DNA from: Lama guanicoe
Lineage: Eukaryota
Reading direction: 5' to 3'
Assembly (NCBI GenBank): GCA_013239625.1
Contig: MU054323.1
Location: 930,001-994,000 of the forward strand
Length of the DNA: 64,000 nt
This document shows, one piece after another, positions 12,927 through 25,143 of this stretch. Position 1 is the first letter of the stretch. Each line of letters begins with the position of its first letter. Position numbers and translations under genes: made by a program. The notes beneath the pieces are model-generated. The model saw only the letters and a program-made list of their open reading frames with translations. It was not told where the DNA came from and made no database searches.

Positions 12927-13658
12927 TGTGACATAATAAGAAATATATTTGGTCTTTGTCCCTGGTTCCTGGCACAGAGATCCTAAAACTCTTATAATTT
13001 CCTGAGTGATAGGAGTGTTTTTGTTATTCATAATAAATCCCTTTTGATCACTCGTAAGTTCACGCTAAGGAAGTGATTTAGGGTGGGGCCCCTAGATAGC
13101 CTCAAGTGGGGCTGGTCGCCAGAAAGACCAAGTAGCTAGAGGGGTGGAACTTTCAGCCCTGCCCAGTGAGCTCTGGGAAGGGGGTGGTGCCTGGAGATCA
13201 AGCTCTACTAACACTGTTGACCTATGAGAACTGACGGACTTTAGAACTGGCAAACACATCCATGTGCTGGGAGGGTGTCCAACTCCATGGGGACAGAAAC
13301 TCCTGTGCTTGAGACTCTTCCAGACCTCACCCCATGTAACTCTTCAGCCAAAGTTCATTTGTACTCTATAATAAACCAGTAAACTTAAGTACAGTGTCTC
13401 TCTGATCCATTCTTGCAGGGTATCAAATCTGAGGAGGGGGTCATGGAAACCACCAGTTTGTAGGCAAGTTGCACTGAAGTGTGGGTAACCTAGGGATCCA
13501 CTGCTTGTGACTGGCATCTAAAGCCAGGTCAGCCTTGCAGGACTGAGTCTTTAACTGTCGGGTGTGCCCTGCTTCCAGTAGTTGGTGCTGGAATTCAGTT
13601 GACTTTTAGGACACCTGGTGGGTGTCCACAGAGAATTGGTAGTTGGTGTTGGAAAACA
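12927..13658 (+). mobile_element. ERVL-class solo LTR, MER21-like
   Basis: TG...CA termini; aaatatatttggtctttgtccctggttcctggcacagag; ccagaaagaccaag...gaactttcagccc; internal AATAAA at ~13370. Confidence 0.85.
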
Positions 13659-14619
13659 TCCCAGGGTATCACCAAAGTCCCCCCGCCCACCTTTGATCTC
13701 ACATCCTTCATACCCATTTTTGTGGCTTTCTAATCATTTAGTGTTCATTTTCCTTTCCTGGAAGGACAGTTGCAAAATAGAAGTCAAGTTTTCTACTTTG
13801 CCTGCATGACTCAACAATATCAACTGTCACCACCAAGCAACGGGTTTACCCCAGTTTTGACTGCTTTACTCCTAACGTAAAGCAAACAGTCTTATGGGTA
13901 ACAGTTAATCATTTTCAGAAGCATTGCTCTTTCTCTTGGAGATTCCATTTTCTGGATTCTATTCTTACAGATCTCTGTTCACTTCTCAGATCTGTCTTGT
14001 GCTATGGACCTCCTATTCCCCATTCCCTAGTAATATGTTCTTTTTGAAGGAAGTAGAACTTAAAGGCGTACTTACTCCTCTCACACATAAATTTACTTAA
14101 TGACATCTGAAGCTCAAGTGAAGAGGAAGCTGAGAGATTCATCTGGTTTTAATACAAAATTTAATAAATTCCTATTTAGGATTTGAACTAAAAATTTTAT
14201 CAAAAGAGGAAAGCCATTATTTAATGGCTCCAGTGTATAAGAGTTTCTTTTATTAAAGTAAAGCATTTTAAAAGTCAAGGGCTACACACTGAGAGGAAAC
14301 TGTCTCACAAAAACAGCCCCTAGACGTGTCTCTGGGCCCGCAAACATCGTGATAAAAATTGCTGCTGTCAAGTGAGAAGTTCTTAATGAAAAAACCCTCT
14401 TAGCGCTTGTAATCAGAATCTTTCCATCTTGATGCACTCTCATTGCCAGCATGTCTCCTGCTCTAGTCTGATAAATAGGTTTTTCTCCTATCACCCTTGC
14501 AATCAGCTTCCCTTGTGGCAGGAGGCAGAGGTAGAAGGCAGACCTGCACTGCCTCAAAGCTCCCCTTTCTTTAAAGTGTTTCCATTTCTACAATCTCCTG
14601 ATCTCTCACTCAACCACTC

Positions 14620-15010
14620 ACTCATCCACCAATTAAAACACTAATTAATTTATTCCCTAACTAAGGATATAGTAAATATCTACTGTATTCAGGACACTAT
14701 GTGATGTGAATATAAAGAGGAACAGGAGTGTTGTTGTCTCAAGGAACTGGCATAATTATTGGGGGAAGGTGGACAGACCAATCCTGATGTACAATGCAGG
14801 GTTATAAGTACCATGTTAGGGATGGACAAGGTGCTCAAGGAGCATAGAATAGGAAGGTCCAAGTGTGTCTGTGTAAGTCAGGAAGCCATCACAACTTAGA
14901 GTCTTCAAGGATAAGGACTTCTAGGGATTGCAAATGGCCTTAGAGGCAAAGAAAAAAACACATGCAAAGGTGCAATTCTGTAAGAATGCAGGACAAAGTC
15001 CAGGAGTGGT
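14620..15010 (-). mobile_element. L2 LINE 3' fragment
   Basis: Reverse L2 tail: ctactgtattcaggacactatg...tctcaaggaact...gtcaggaagcc. Confidence 0.55.
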
Positions 15011-15044
15011 GAAAAACTAAATAATACAGTAGATAGAAGACACC

Positions 15045-15560
15045 GAATGAGCCATTAGAATGGCTATAATGAAAAAGATTGACAATACTAAGTGTTAGCA
15101 AGGACATAACAGAAGTGGAACATTGTTACATTGCTGGTTGAAATGTAAAAGCAGTTTCATAGTTTCTTAAAAAATTACATTCACATGTGCAATCCGATCC
15201 ATCAGTTCCACTCTTAGATATCTACCCCACCCCAAATGAAAACACGTCCACCTAAAGATTTACGTACACACGTGCATAATATATCTCATGAGCAATAGAC
15301 TGGAAACAATCCAAAAGCCCATCAACTGGTGAACAGATAAACAGTGTGCGGTACATACACACAATGAAAAGCTACTTGGAAATAAAAAGGGATAGACTGC
15401 TGATACATGCTGCAAACGGATGAGCTTCAAAAACATCACAGCAAGTGACAAGCAACAGGAACAAATCACACACAATCATAGAGACTGTATGATTCATGGG
15501 AATTTTGCAGAAAAGGCAAATCTGCAGAGGCAAAGGCAGGGCTGAGGTTGCCTGAGCAGG
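15045..15560 (+). mobile_element. Old L1 (L1MC/MD) ORF2 end and 3' UTR
   Basis: ccattagaatggcta...gacaatactaagtgttagcaagga...ttccactcttagatatctaccc...ctggaaacaatcca...catcaactggtgaa...actgtatgattca. Confidence 0.85.
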
Positions 15561-15569
15561 GCCGCACAC

Positions 15570-16560
15570 AGAAGGACTTAAGGGTGGTCTTCAGAGCTCC
15601 ACGTCCTCTGGAAAGACTGCCCCTCCCCCAACTGCAGTCCCACCCTTCTGAAGGCCCAAAACAGGTCTGTTGTGTATGAGTTTCCTACGGCTGCTATAAC
15701 ACATTATCACAAATTCAGTCACTTAAAGTAATTCTAAAAATATTCAATTCAAATTCATTCTGGGTCCTTGCTTTTCCCAGCACCAGGAAGTTGCCTGCAT
15801 TCCTTAGCTTGGGGCCCCTTCCTTGCATCACATTATCTGTCTTTCTTCCCTTTGCTTCCACCGTCCCATCGCCTTCTTCCTCTTCTGTCATAAACTCTCC
15901 CCTTGTCTCTCTCTTAAAATGACACTTGTGATACATTGGGCCCTCCTGGGTAATCCAGGATAACCTCTCCATCTCAAAATCCTTAACTTAATGACATCTA
16001 CTAAGTCCATTTTTTTCAAATAAGATAACAAGTATAGGTTTAAGGGTTTAAAACCTGGATATCCTAGGGGACTATTTTTCAGCCAACTGCACAAGTCCAT
16101 CAGGACTCAAGGGAGCTCATACATCTGGTAAACTTACTATCATCCACTGGTGGTGACAGTCTGATAGAATTAACTGCCAAAGAAGATTCACAGGATGCAA
16201 AATGACAACAGTTTGCATCTGTGGATTACGGCAGGATAAAGATGCATTGGAGCAACACTATTAAGGTCAAGATACGCCTCACAATCAGAAACTGCCTCTG
16301 GCAAGGCCAAGCCCAGGCTCCAACTGCAGATGTGCCCACTCTCAGATCAGGAACCACTGATAAGAGCATGGGGGACCTTGAAACAAGGGAGCCCAAAATG
16401 TGATCTTGGCCTGAGCTCCTTAGGCACATTCTTGTTACATAACCAGCCCTAAAGTCACAGACCTCTGGTGGGAGTGGGGTGGGGGTGGGTAGTGGTGACC
16501 ATACCAAAACCAGGCATAAAGCCTCCATATTGCTGTAATCAGTAAACAATGCTAACAAGC
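15570..16560 (-). mobile_element. Degraded ERVL-type LTR (MER21/MER68/MER77-like), apparently interrupted by the MLT1D at 15673-16093
   Basis: aagactgcccc on the left of the MLT1; gattcacagga...gattacggcaggataaag on the right; weak similarity only. Confidence 0.35.
15673..16093 (-). mobile_element. MaLR LTR, MLT1D-like
   Basis: tgtatgagtttcctacggctgctataaca...gacacttgtgatacattgggccc...taatccaggataacctctccatctcaaaatccttaacttaat. Confidence 0.85.
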
Positions 16561-17429
16561 TGGTAAAAATTGTTCCAAGCTCACCTCGGACCCATGCTTA
16601 CTTTTAAAGAAGGCAGTACTATTAATCAGTACATCTTATGTACCACAAAGGTAGTAACAAACATCTCAGACCATCCCAGACCTACTAGAATGAATCTTCA
16701 AATCACAACCACCTGTTACCATACATAACACACTTTATACAGCCTTAGACATAAATCCCAAGATGAACATTGGTGTTAACCATCTTCCCCTCTAAGGTCA
16801 CCCAGAAGTGATGCAGCGTGTGTGCCCTCCCAGATCAGAAGTTTAAGACACCCAGATCACCCACCATTCTCGGTGGGTGATCCCACCTCATCTGTACATT
16901 CTGTGATATAATTCAATTTCTCATCCCTTCCCAAACTCCCCAAAGCTTTTCTCTGCCCTCTTAGAGCTCACTGTCATCAGTAAATTCACCAATACTCTCA
17001 GTATCTTTTAGGACACTCTCTTTCCTATCGTACCTGGGGTCTGGATAGATCCAAGGGAATGCATGCCTGCCCAGGAGTCCTCTCGGGTGTGTGTTGGTTG
17101 TCTCCTCTCAGCTCCGTGAGTTGAAGGGTCCAGTGGCAGGGAACAGATATTCTTCACTTTTCATCGCCACTCTTGGAGAATTCTGACTTCAGTATTTTCC
17201 ATCTCCTCTTGCAGTTCTCTTCCCTTCTTGCTTCTATTTATTTCTTCTATTTACTTGCTTCTGTTTCTCCCTTTCCTAACCCTTCCCTTCTCATTACTGC
17301 AAACTCCCTATGTGATCTCTCCAGTCTCACACTTTCCCAAGACCTTATACCCTCGTTTTCCTATTTGGTATTTCTGCTTAGATTCAAACTTAACTTGCTT
17401 AAACAGAACTCTTGGTAGTCTCCCACCCC

Positions 17430-18245
17430 CCAAATAAACCTCTCTGATATTCCTCCACCCTTGATTCCTTGCGCCTCCCACATCCATAAGGGAGCACTGT
17501 TCGGTTTATTTCCAAATAGATCCCATAAACACTGACTTTTCTTCATCTCCAGCACTGCCCCTTAGATCATATCCATCATCATCTCTTGCCTATGTTTCTG
17601 CAATGACATTCTAACAATTTTATTACAGTGGCTCCTTTCTTGACCTCTCAGAATCAATTCTCCACATCCTCGGCAAAATTATTTTCCTAAAATTGAAATC
17701 AGATCATGGATTCCCTGTTCAGCATCCTCCAGTGGATTCACATGACACTCAGAACAAAATCCAGATGCCTTTCCAAGGCCTATGAGGTCCAGCATGACCT
17801 GAGACTTGTCTAAATTCACCAGGTTCATCTCTTGACACTTTCCAGCACTTCACTGGTCCCCTTGTGATACCTTGACTGTGTCACGTATGTTCCTGGGACC
17901 TTTGCATTTGCTGTTCTCTCTTCCTGGGATGTTCCTCCTCCAGAGGTTTGTATGCCTGGATCTCATTTCATTCAGATTTCTATTCACGTGTCCTCTGCTT
18001 ACAGAAGTCTTCCTCAATTTACCCAATTGAAAAGAGCCTGCCACCAACAATCTTAATATACTTACTATGTTACAGTTCTCTCCATAGCTCTTATCAAGAT
18101 TTTACTTCTTACATACGCATTTGCATACTTGAATTTTTTGCCTGTGTCTATTGTTTCCTTCTCTGGAATGTAAATCCTACCTTCAGTATCCAGAAAACTT
18201 CCTGGCACATAGTTGATGCTCAATCATCACTTGTCAAAGGAAACA
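17430..18245 (+). mobile_element. L2 (L2a-like) LINE 3' portion
   Basis: ccatcatcatctcttgcct...aaatcagatcatg...cctttgcatttgctgttc...cctggcacatagttgatgctcaat. Confidence 0.85.
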
Positions 18246-18382
18246 ATACTAACATGAATATTTGAGAGTTCTTCATATATAGTCTGGCTAAAACTTCCAT
18301 GCTAGTTATTATAGAGTATAGAATATATTTTCCTAGACTGGGTTTTTTTTATTTCCACATTGATCATGATATATTGTGAAAT

Positions 18383-18620
18383 ACACATTACTACATATAA
18401 AATAGATAAACAACAAGGACCTACTGTATAGCACAGGGAACCCGAATCAATTTCTTGTAATAATACATAATGGGAAAAGATCTGAAGAAAATATATGTAT
18501 GTATGTATGCATATAACCGAATCGCTTTGCCAGACACCTGACTATACATACACCTGATTTACAACTAACATGTAAATCAACTACATTTCAATAAGAATTT
18601 TTTTAAAAAAGAAAAGAGAA
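18383..18620 (+). mobile_element. Younger 5'-truncated L1 3' end, cetartiodactyl-type
   Basis: aaaatagataaacaacaaggacctactgtatagcacagggaac...gtaaatcaactacatttcaataa plus A-rich tail. Confidence 0.9.
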
Positions 18621-18919
18621 ATTCTGAATTTTAATGTGGTCATATTATCCATTTTTGCCACCATGGATTTTGTTCTTTCGGTGCCATTCAACAATCCTTC
18701 CCTTTATCAACAATACCTTGCAAATTGGGTCTATATTTTGGAAAAGTGCCCCTGGGTGCTGCACCTACTTCCCATAGTGTGAGTGTGTCAGAGCAGGACA
18801 GGTGCTGGGCCATAGGGAAGTGTTGTTATGGCTTCTGCTATGTCAGAGCCGAACGCCAGTGCGTGGCCCTCACACACGCAGCGTAATCACACAAATGTCA
18901 GAGCTACTGGAATATAATG

Positions 18920-19150
18920 ATAGCAGCTAAAGCTGGTTGGGTACTATCCTGTCCTGGTTAGTACCTAGATTTCATCATAAAATCTTCACAACAACCTTAT
19001 CTGATGGATATTCTTATGACCACTATTCTGAGAATGAAGGGACAGAGGGTGAGAAAAGTTGAATGACGAGGTCCATGTCACGTGGTAAGAAGAGAAAGAG
19101 CTGGGAAGTGAACCTGGTTATTGGCTGATAGAGTCTAAGGTCTTAAACAC
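18920..19150 (-). mobile_element. MIR SINE
   Basis: aatcttcacaacaaccttat...aatgaagggacagag...agagctgggaagtgaacctgg. Confidence 0.65.
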
Positions 19151-19418
19151 CAAACCAAGCGGGTGTCTCTGCAAGGCTCTGGAGCTCAGGTCTCGGTCCA
19201 GACATTTCTTGTGGGTAAGTCACTTTTCTGGGGGGAGGGGGAGTCATTTCTTGTCTCTCAGTTTTTTTACTTGAAAAAAGGAGATACTGATCTGTCGGTT
19301 ACACAGCACAAAGGTTTTCTGAGGATCAGACCAAAATGACATGATGTGTGTGACTGGACTTTGGAACTTGTACTGCACTAGATAAATGTTAGGCAATTGC
19401 TATCATTACAAAGGCACC

Positions 19419-19738
19419 AAGTATCCTTGAACACAGTGGGGGTTGTGGGCACCGACCCCCCTGCACAGGCGAAAATCCCTGCACTGCTGTCTCTGCTTCA
19501 AAAACAAAAGAACCGAGAAATGACTCACCCGTGGGCAGGAAGCTGAAAAGTTTGGATGGAACCAGGACTCAAACTTTCGTTCCTTTGATTCCACATAACA
19601 AGATGGCTAGTCGAACACAGACTTTGCTCCACACTTACAGACCTGCAAAATGAAAATACAGGTACAATATTTATGAAAAAATCCACATGTCAGTGGACCC
19701 ACACAGTTCAAACCAGTGCAGTTCAAGGGTCTGCTGTG
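19419..19738. mobile_element. TcMar-Tigger non-autonomous DNA transposon (MER8/Tigger2a-like)
   Basis: Degenerate TIRs caagtatccttgaacac ... gttcaagggtctgctg; internal gggcaccgacccc...gaaaatcc and agtggacccacacagttcaaacc. Confidence 0.75.
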
Positions 19739-20419
19739 TAACTACACAGTAAGGTGGCTACATTATAACAAAGGCACTAAAATGTGATGCTGTCTGACTC
19801 AAATTTATTACCTTGGAAGATTATGTACCTATCCAATGGATCTACTTGTCTATAATAAATGTCTTTTTGAGTATTCATTATCAGTAAGTAGATTATAGGC
19901 TGAACATTGATTAATGTTAAAATTTAACAAACAGCTAAATGTTATTTAGAGTCAAATCTGGCAATCAATTGAGGGAAAGCCAGCAAAAAGAAGTAAGTAA
20001 CTGAAGCAATGAAGGTGCTTTTCTTGTGTGGCTTTTAAATAGGCTCTGAAGCCTTTCTCTAAATTTAATCCAAATACTGAGTCACAAAAGTGCTGTTGAA
20101 ATGAGTACATCGCCTACATCCCTCCCCTAGAGGCTGGCTTCGCCTACATCTGTATCACCCAGTGTCACGGGCCATTTAGTTCAGCTCCTCGTCACTGCAG
20201 AAATCTCTTGGACACAGACATCCGAGCCTCCCAGGCATGTCCCTGCCTTGGTGAGCAAGTCACCTCAAAAAATAGTCCACTTCCCTGACTAGGGCGGGGC
20301 AGCTCTGCTCTCAGGAGTAGGCTCCCTTTCATTAAGCTGAAATTTCTATCCTTGCAAGTTCCACAGTTGTTTTGAGGGAACAGAAATGTCTTCTGGGAGT
20401 TCATACAGCGTAGAATTGA

Positions 20420-20600
20420 GATTGTGGCTTTTGACCTGGGTTCAGATCCCAACTCTCCCATTTTCCACAGTTGACCGTGGGCCGCTTGCCACTCTTCTAT
20501 AAGCTTCCGTTTCCTCATGAACATGCCGGAACATGATAATGACAGAATCTATCTTATGGGATGGTTCTGAGTCTTTAAGGAGAGACTGCGTACCCAGTCC
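20420..20600 (+). mobile_element. MIR SINE
   Basis: gacctgggttcagatcccaactct...gtttcctcat...gataatgacagaatctatcttatggg. Confidence 0.7.
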
Positions 20601-21025
20601 TAGTGCAACGGCAATTTAGTGCACTTTCGTACAAGGTTCCCCCCTTTTAGGACCCTTTAGTGCTCTCTGCTGGGAAATGGCCACAATAACGATCTAGAAA
20701 GACTTGTAGGAGCAACGTGCCTGCTCCAAGCGGATGCCCTTGCTGAAAGTACTTGAGGCATCGTGTCCAGCCCACGGCAACCTCCCTGTACGTGTTACCA
20801 ACTTTTATTGCTGGCGTTCTGAACCTCTCCAGTCATGGGCCACTGAGCTAGAAGAACTGTCTCTCTGTGATCATGGCTGGGGCAGCACTTCTGCTGCAGA
20901 TGGCCAGAGATGCTTTCTTGGAAAGAAAGAATAGCTTGGGAGGAATGAATCACAATCATCACTTTGTTGTGCAGAGTTTATTTGAAATGAAAAGAGAAAC
21001 AGTGATGGGGATTTTTTGCTTTCAT

Positions 21026-23084
21026 TACTCCATGGGACTTTAAAATAAGGAATATATCGACCTGAAACATTAAGTTATTGAAAAGTGAACAACAAAGCAC
21101 AGAAACATGAAACTGAAAACGCTTTTGGAAGATCTTACTTAAATTGTAATGGGTTGTCAGGGGGAACTAATGGAACTGAATTACCAGGCAATAGAAGCAT
21201 TTTCTTTTAGTACCACCTGTTGGAAGTGTATTGCCTGTCAGGAACAATTTTAAGTGCTTTTCATCCAAAGTATGCATTATCTTATTAGTGATTCAATACA
21301 GATTCCTCCTCAGGTGCTCTTCTGAGTAAATGGCCAGGATATCCACTAAAGCAGAACTTGTAGGTCATTTCAGAACTGCTTCTTTCCTATACCCCTGATA
21401 TCCAATCTTTCATCAAGTCCTTGTCCATCCTCTACCCAAAATACATGAAAAATGCATGTATCTCTTTTTCCAGGGCCACCTTCCTGGTTCAAGTCCCCAT
21501 CTTTTCTTGCTAATCTGATATGCTTTGCCTCCTAAAATGTCTTTCCACTTCTGCTCTTGCTTCTCTGCAGTCCATAATCTAGACAGAAGCAAGATTATGA
21601 AAAAATGTACATCAGACAAAGCCATTCTCGTACCTGATACTTTCAACAACATTACTTTGCCCTTAATATAAAACCTAAACTCTTCCAGGTCTACAAGGAC
21701 CTGTGTGATCTGACTCTGATCCTCTTCTTAACCTACCTCTTAACTCTCCTGGTCCACACTCTGCAGCACCCTGCCCCTCCCAAGAACCGGCCAGCCCCAG
21801 GGCCTTAGTGTTCACCCTCCTCCTTTCATGACTCGCCTCAGTGGCTCCTTCTCACATCTAAGCTTTCAGATGTGATGCCATCTCTTCAGAGAGGCTTTTC
21901 ATGACTGCACTAACTTACATAAGTCCTCCCAAATTTTCTATCAAAATACCTTGTTTATTTTGTTCAGAATATTCATCACAATCTGTAATTATTTATATCA
22001 TTTATTTGTTGCCTTTCTATTCTGTGTCTTTTCCTCTGGAATGTAGACTCCAAGAAGGCAGGAATCTTGCGTGTGTTATAGGTTCTTAGCACAATGCCTG
22101 GTACAAAAGATGCACCTGGGTGTATCTGTAGGATGAATAAATGAGCATTTCCTTATAACTTTCTTGTAACATGAATATCATGTTCCCAATTTTGCAAATG
22201 AGAAATTTAATTTTAGTGAGACTCGTAAGTAAAGGGCTAGGAAGCAAATACAGATCAATTCGACTTCTTTAATTGATCTTTTATCTACCATTCTGTTCTG
22301 TGTAGATAATTGGTAACGTGTGTGTGTTAGTGGTATGTGTTTTAGAAAGAGTCATCAGACACAATAACGCTAGCATTCCGCAGTTGTCAAATCTGGAACC
22401 GCTTGACATTTATCTAACAGAAATGGAACTAAAGAGCAAATTCAAATAAAATAAAATGAAATAAAGGCTAAGATTGAACTCCATGTATTTACAACCACAA
22501 TTTGGGGGAAATCAGACGATGATATTTTTCATCGGGGAGGCAATTTTGAAGTCATGAAGTCTAATTTTGATGAACATTAACTTTGGGGTCATTTTGATTT
22601 ATTCATTTCTTTCTAGCCCACTTGTTTCTAATAGATTTTTTGTTGTTGTTTTTTTGGTTGGTTGATTTGCTTTGGTAGGTAGCTTTTGATTTCATTTCTG
22701 CACTATTTTATTTAAAAAGTCAGCCTTTCGTTGGTGTATTCATTCATCTACTGAGAACTGAAGGCTGGAGGACATGCTGTGTGTCAGTTTGTTCCTTGCA
22801 GGACACTCAGCTCCGCCTGAAAGCGCAGTTGTGTCTGGTGTTCCCTGGGCTGTACCTGCTGATCCAGTGGGGTATCCAAGGCTCTCCTCCAGTACAAAAG
22901 AGTTCTCAGGTGATATGCGCACACTTTACTCCTTGTATATAAATTAAAAATTGTTTTCTAAATCTGTCAATACAAAATTGATATTATGTCTGTGATTTTT
23001 AAGGAGTCTGAGAAGGAGCTGAATGACTCATTTCCCTTCGTTGCCTGTGCTAACTGGCAAAGATACAAAATAACCATCAAATTA
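21026..23084 (+). repeat. Tandem duplication, copy 1 (2,059-bp unit)
   Basis: By-eye alignment at constant offset 2059 to 23085-25143; ORF pairs 21413/23472, 21901/23960 and 22740/24799 all differ by 2059. Confidence 0.97.
21375..22145 (+). mobile_element. L2 LINE 3' portion (in duplication copy 1)
   Basis: atccaatctttcatcaagtcc...tctcttcagagaggctttt...ggaatgtagactccaagaaggcagg...cttagcacaatgcctggtaca...gatgaataaatga. Confidence 0.85.
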
Positions 23085-25143
23085 TACTCCATGGCACTTT
23101 AAAATAAGGAATATATCGACCTTAAACATTAAGTTATTGAAAAGTGAACAACAAAACACAGAAACATGAAACTGAAAACGCTTTTGGAAGATCTTACTTA
23201 AATTGTAATGGGTTGTCAGGGGGAACTAATGGAACTGAATTACCAGGCAATAGAAGCATTTTCTTTTAGTACCACCTGTTGGAAGTGTATTGCCTGTCAG
23301 GAACAATTTTAAGTGCTTTTCATCCAAAGTATGCATTATCTTATTAGTGATTCAATACAGATTCCTCCTCAGGTGCTCTTCTGAGTAAACGGCCAGGATA
23401 TCCACTAAAGCAGAACTTGTAGGTCATTTCAGAACTGCTTCTTTCCTATACCCCTGATATCCAATCTTTCATCAAGTCCTTGTCCATCCTCTACCCAAAA
23501 TACATGAAAAATGCATGTATCTCTTTTTCCAGGGCCACCTTCCTGGTTCAAGTCCCCATCTTTTCTTGCTAATCTGATATGCTTTGCCTCCTAAAATGTC
23601 TTTCCACTTCTGCTCTTGCTTCTCTGCAGTCCATAATCTAGACAGAAGCAAGATTATGAAAAAATGTACATCAGACAAAGCCATTCTCGTACCTGATACT
23701 TTCAACAACATTACTTTGCCCTTAATATAAAACCTAAACTCTTCCAGGTCTACAAGGACCTGTGTGATCTGACTCTGATCCTCTTCTTAACCTACCTCTT
23801 AACTCTCCTGGTCCACACTCTGCAGCACCCTGCCCCTCCCAAGAACCGGCCAGCCCCAGGGCCTTAGTGTTCACCCTCCTCCTTTCATGACTCGCCTCAG
23901 TGGCTCCTTCTCACATCTAAGCTTTCAGATGTGATGCCATCTCTTCAGAGAGGCTTTTCATGACTGCACTAACTTACATAAGTCCTCCCAAATTTTCTAT
24001 CAAAATACCTTGTTTATTTTGTTCAGAATATTCATCACAATCTGTAATTATTTATATCATTTATTTGTTGCCTTTCTATTCTGTGTCTTTTCCTCTGGAA
24101 TGTAGACTCCAAGAAGGCAGGAATCTTGCGTGTGTTATAGGTTCTTAGCACAATGCCTGGTACAAAAGATGCACCTGGGTGTATCTGTAGGATGAATAAA
24201 TGAGCATTTCCTTATAACTTTCTTGTAACATGAATATCATGTTCCCAATTTTGCAAATGAGAAATTTAATTTTAGTGAGACTCGTAAGTAAAGGGCTAGG
24301 AAGCAAATACAGATCAATTCGACTTCTTTAATTGATCTTTTATCTACCATTCTGTTCTGTGTAGATAATTGGTAACGTGTGTGTGTTAGTGGTATGTGTT
24401 TTAGAAAGAGTCATCAGACACAATAACGCTAGCATTCCGCAGTTGTCAAATCTGGAACCGCTTGACATTTATCTAACAGAAATGGAACTAAAGAGCAAAT
24501 TCAAATAAAATAAAATGAAATAAAGGCTAAGATTAAACTCCATGTATTTACAACCACAATTTGGGGGAAATCAGACGATGATATTTTTCATCGGGGAGGC
24601 AATTTTGAAGTCATGAAGTCTAATTTTGATGAACATTAACTTTGGGGTCATTTTGATTTATTCATTTCTTTCTAGCCCACTTGTTTCTAATAGATTTTTT
24701 GTTGTTGTTTTTTTGGTTGGTTGATTTGCTTTGGTAGGTAGCTTTTGATTTCATTTCTGCACTATTTTATTTAAAAAGTCAGCCTTTCGTTGGTGTATTC
24801 ATTCATCTACTGAGAACTGAAGGCTGGAGGACATGCTGTGTGTCAGTTTGTTCCTTGCAGGACACTCAGCTCTGCCTGAAAGCGCAGTTGTGTCTGGTGT
24901 TCTCTGGGCTGTACCTGCTGCTCCAGTGGGGTATCCAAGGCTCTCCTCCAGTACAAAAGGGTTCTCAGGTGATATGCGCACACTTTACTCCTTGTATATA
25001 AATTAAAAATTGTTTTCTAAATCTGTCAATACAAAATTGATATTATGTCTGTGATTTTTAAGGAGTCTGGGAAGGAGCTGAATGACTCATTTCCCTTCGT
25101 TGCCTGTGCTAACTGGCAAAGATACAAAATAACCATCAAATTC
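23085..25143 (+). repeat. Tandem duplication, copy 2
   Basis: As for copy 1; 10 internal substitutions found, no indels. Confidence 0.97.
23434..24204 (+). mobile_element. L2 LINE 3' portion (in duplication copy 2)
   Basis: Identical copy of 21375-22145. Confidence 0.85.

Noticed and set aside
22889..22915. Peptide YHLRTLLYW (- strand) resembling a helix motif of Mab-21-domain proteins (TMEM102/MB21D2-like)
   Set aside because: Nine-residue resemblance only; flanking residues do not continue the family pattern and there is no room for the domain between stops
21413..24148. Pairs of identical ORFs (21413/23472 and 21901/23960) suggesting duplicated genes
   Set aside because: They lie within an L2 remnant; the identity simply reflects the recent tandem duplication
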